NCBI GenBank assembly: GCA_028281445.1
Contig: JANQJW010000103.1
Span: forward strand, 6,488 to 70,487
Source: Planctomycetota bacterium
GTDB taxonomy: Bacteria; Planctomycetota; PLA2; JAEUHO01
Direction: 5' to 3'
Length of the DNA: 64,000 nt
Both the position numbers and the translations under genes were made by a program. The stretch's first letter is position 1. Every line of letters starts with the position of its first letter. This document shows, in pieces, positions 62,542 through 64,000 of this stretch. Under the pieces are notes generated by a model. It was not told the origin of the DNA and did no database searches. It worked only from the letters and a program-made list of their open reading frames with translations.

Positions 62542-62966
62542 GTTTCGAGTGCATCATCGAGCGTGCGTTCGTCGGGCCGGCCGAGCGCATCTTTGAAGCG
62601 TGGACCGATCCCGATCTATTCGCGAAATGGGTCTGGGCCGGCATCGGAACGGAGCCGCGCGCCGAGATCGACCTGCGAATCGGCGGGTTGTTTCGCGCAA
62701 GCACCAAGGTGAAGGAAGAGCGTTGGGCCTTTCGCGGTACGTGGACGGCCATCGAGCCGCCCCACCGCCTCGCAGGCGTGCTCGTCTGGGAAGCCGACGT
62801 CGGCTACCCGCCGGGTGACGAGCCGCTCGAGATCACGCTGGTACCGACAGAAGACGGCTGCCGCATGCGCTTCGTTCACCGCGGGATTCCCGACGAGAAG
62901 TCGGTCGAGGGACACCGCGCCGGTTGGAGCAAGGCCTTCGACGACCTCGCCGGCGTGCTCGCGTAG
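62538..62966 (+). CDS. SRPBCC-superfamily protein (AHSA1-like), translationally coupled to the MpaB-family gene
   Basis: The ATG at 62538 overlaps the upstream stop (ATGA). MSFECIIERAFVGPAERIFEAWTDPDLFAKWVWAG.... Confidence 0.75.
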   Translation: MSFECIIERAFVGPAERIFEAWTDPDLFAKWVWAGIGTEPRAEIDLRIGGLFRASTKVKEERWAFRGTWTAIEPPHRLAGVLVWEADVGYPPGDEPLEITLVPTEDGCRMRFVHRGIPDEKSVEGHRAGWSKAFDDLAGVLA

Positions 62967-62970
62967 CCCC

Positions 62971-63993
62971 CTAGCGTACGCGCCGCGGCGTCTGGTCCGG
63001 ATCGGCGCGGAACGCGGATAGCGTCGCCTTCGCCTGGGCAGCCACCTTGGCGTCCTCGTGGTCGAGCAACGCCCGCACGGCGTCCTCGACGAGTGCGGCC
63101 TTGGCGCCGTGCGAGGCCAGGATGCGAAGCAGCAGTACGGTCGTCTCCGCGCGTACGGTCGTGAGCGACTCGGCAAGCGTGCGGAACGTCACGGGGCCCG
63201 CGCCGAGCAACGCGTTCCAGTACGTCCCGTGATGCTGATTCCGATTCGTCTGATCGAGGCCGGCGATGACCACCTTCGCGAAGCGCGCGTCGTCGGTAAC
63301 GAACGATGGGAGGATCTCGATCGCCCACAGCCCAAGCCGACCCTTGGCGCGTGCGACCTCGAGCATGACGGGTACGAGATCGGCGCCGCGATCCCGGCCC
63401 AGCGCGCGTGCCGCATGCAGCGCGCGAAACCCCACGGTGGGCCGCGGGTGGAGCATCAGCGCGGGCAGGTGCTCGAGCAAGGCCGCATCGTGCGCCCGAA
63501 GTGTCGCGAGCGCGATCGCCGCGGTGGCAGCGAGCACCGGGTTGCTGCCGCCGAATGCCTCCTCGAGTCTCGGCACCACCTTCTCGCGCGCTGTCGGCTC
63601 GGAGCCCGCGATCACGACGAGAGACTGCGCGGCCGCCGGCCCGAGCGAATCGAGCGAGTCTTCGCCCATCACGCGTAGCATCGCGTCGATGTGGGGCAGC
63701 GCGTGCGATCGCAGGTGTGCGAGCTGGCTGAGGGCGCAGCCCCGGTTGTGGTCTTCACCGAGCATCGCCACCGCGGTCGAAGCGAGGATCTCGGCTTCGT
63801 CCGCCCGGAGCCTGGAGGGCTGACTGTGCCCCCCCTTGCGGATGACTACGCGCGCCGCCGCTGTTCGGACGGGTGCGTTCTCGTGCCGCAACAACTCGCG
63901 AAGCTCGTTCGCATCGATCGGGATCATGCTGCTGTGGTCCGCGAGGACCTCGATCGCGAAGCGCCGCGCATTGGCACTGTCGCTGCGAAGCAT
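62971..63993 (-). CDS. HEAT/PBS-lyase-type repeat protein. The N-terminus may lie beyond the window.
   Basis: Repeated ...A(V)RxxAARALGxxxxxxAVPxLLxxL... units (ENAPVRTAAARVVIRKG; RALHAARALGRDRGADLVPVM; VRALLDHEDAKVAAQAK). The first in-window Met is at 63993, only 7 nt from the window end. Confidence 0.65.
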   Translation of the reverse strand: MLRSDSANARRFAIEVLADHSSMIPIDANELRELLRHENAPVRTAAARVVIRKGGHSQPSRLRADEAEILASTAVAMLGEDHNRGCALSQLAHLRSHALPHIDAMLRVMGEDSLDSLGPAAAQSLVVIAGSEPTAREKVVPRLEEAFGGSNPVLAATAAIALATLRAHDAALLEHLPALMLHPRPTVGFRALHAARALGRDRGADLVPVMLEVARAKGRLGLWAIEILPSFVTDDARFAKVVIAGLDQTNRNQHHGTYWNALLGAGPVTFRTLAESLTTVRAETTVLLLRILASHGAKAALVEDAVRALLDHEDAKVAAQAKATLSAFRADPDQTPRRVR

Positions 63994-64000
63994 CGCGTAG

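Noticed and set aside
1-64000. CRISPR arrays, rRNA genes and long tandem DNA repeats
   Set aside because: None seen. The only repeats are amino-acid-level repeats inside genes (TPR, CarbopepD_reg, ankyrin, pentapeptide, TrkA-C), the IS inverted repeats and target duplications, and paralogous gene pairs.

Overview
This is a 64 kb, ~70% GC, gene-dense chromosomal segment, most likely from a Myxococcota-type deltaproteobacterium. That guess rests on the high GC, the ECF sigma/Ser-Thr kinase pairing, and proteins with CHAT, TPR, carboxypeptidase-regulatory-like and SBBP repeats plus many lipoproteins; it is an inference. I call about 55 coding genes, one IS481-family insertion sequence and one atypical tRNA-like gene. 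Most large antisense ORFs in the track are shadow ORFs of real genes, as expected at this GC. Among the ordinary genes are a six-heme c-type cytochrome, an Lhr helicase, an SLC13/TrkA-C permease, YciH, an ArsR/SRPBCC pair, a racemase, a Bax-inhibitor-1 protein and several methyltransferases and GNATs. The strongest observation is a thioredoxin-fold redoxin lipoprotein (23774..24541) that is one continuous frame interrupted by a TGA at the first Cys of a WCxxC motif, with a downstream hairpin. That is the signature of a selenocysteine (U-x-x-C) selenoprotein that ORF callers split in two. The other observations are: two ECF sigma factors fused through a transmembrane helix to large extracytoplasmic domains; a membrane pentapeptide-repeat protein with a TIR-like C-terminal domain; a STAND-type Ser/Thr kinase next to an ECF sigma factor; an intact TPR-CHAT protein plus a broken CHAT remnant whose two halves lie on opposite strands; an IS481-family element inserted into a CTAG between two convergent stop codons; a tRNA-Ile-like gene with non-canonical D and T loops; two single-base frameshifts in G/C homopolymers inside lipoprotein genes; and a Tat signal peptide interrupted by TAG at codon 4.
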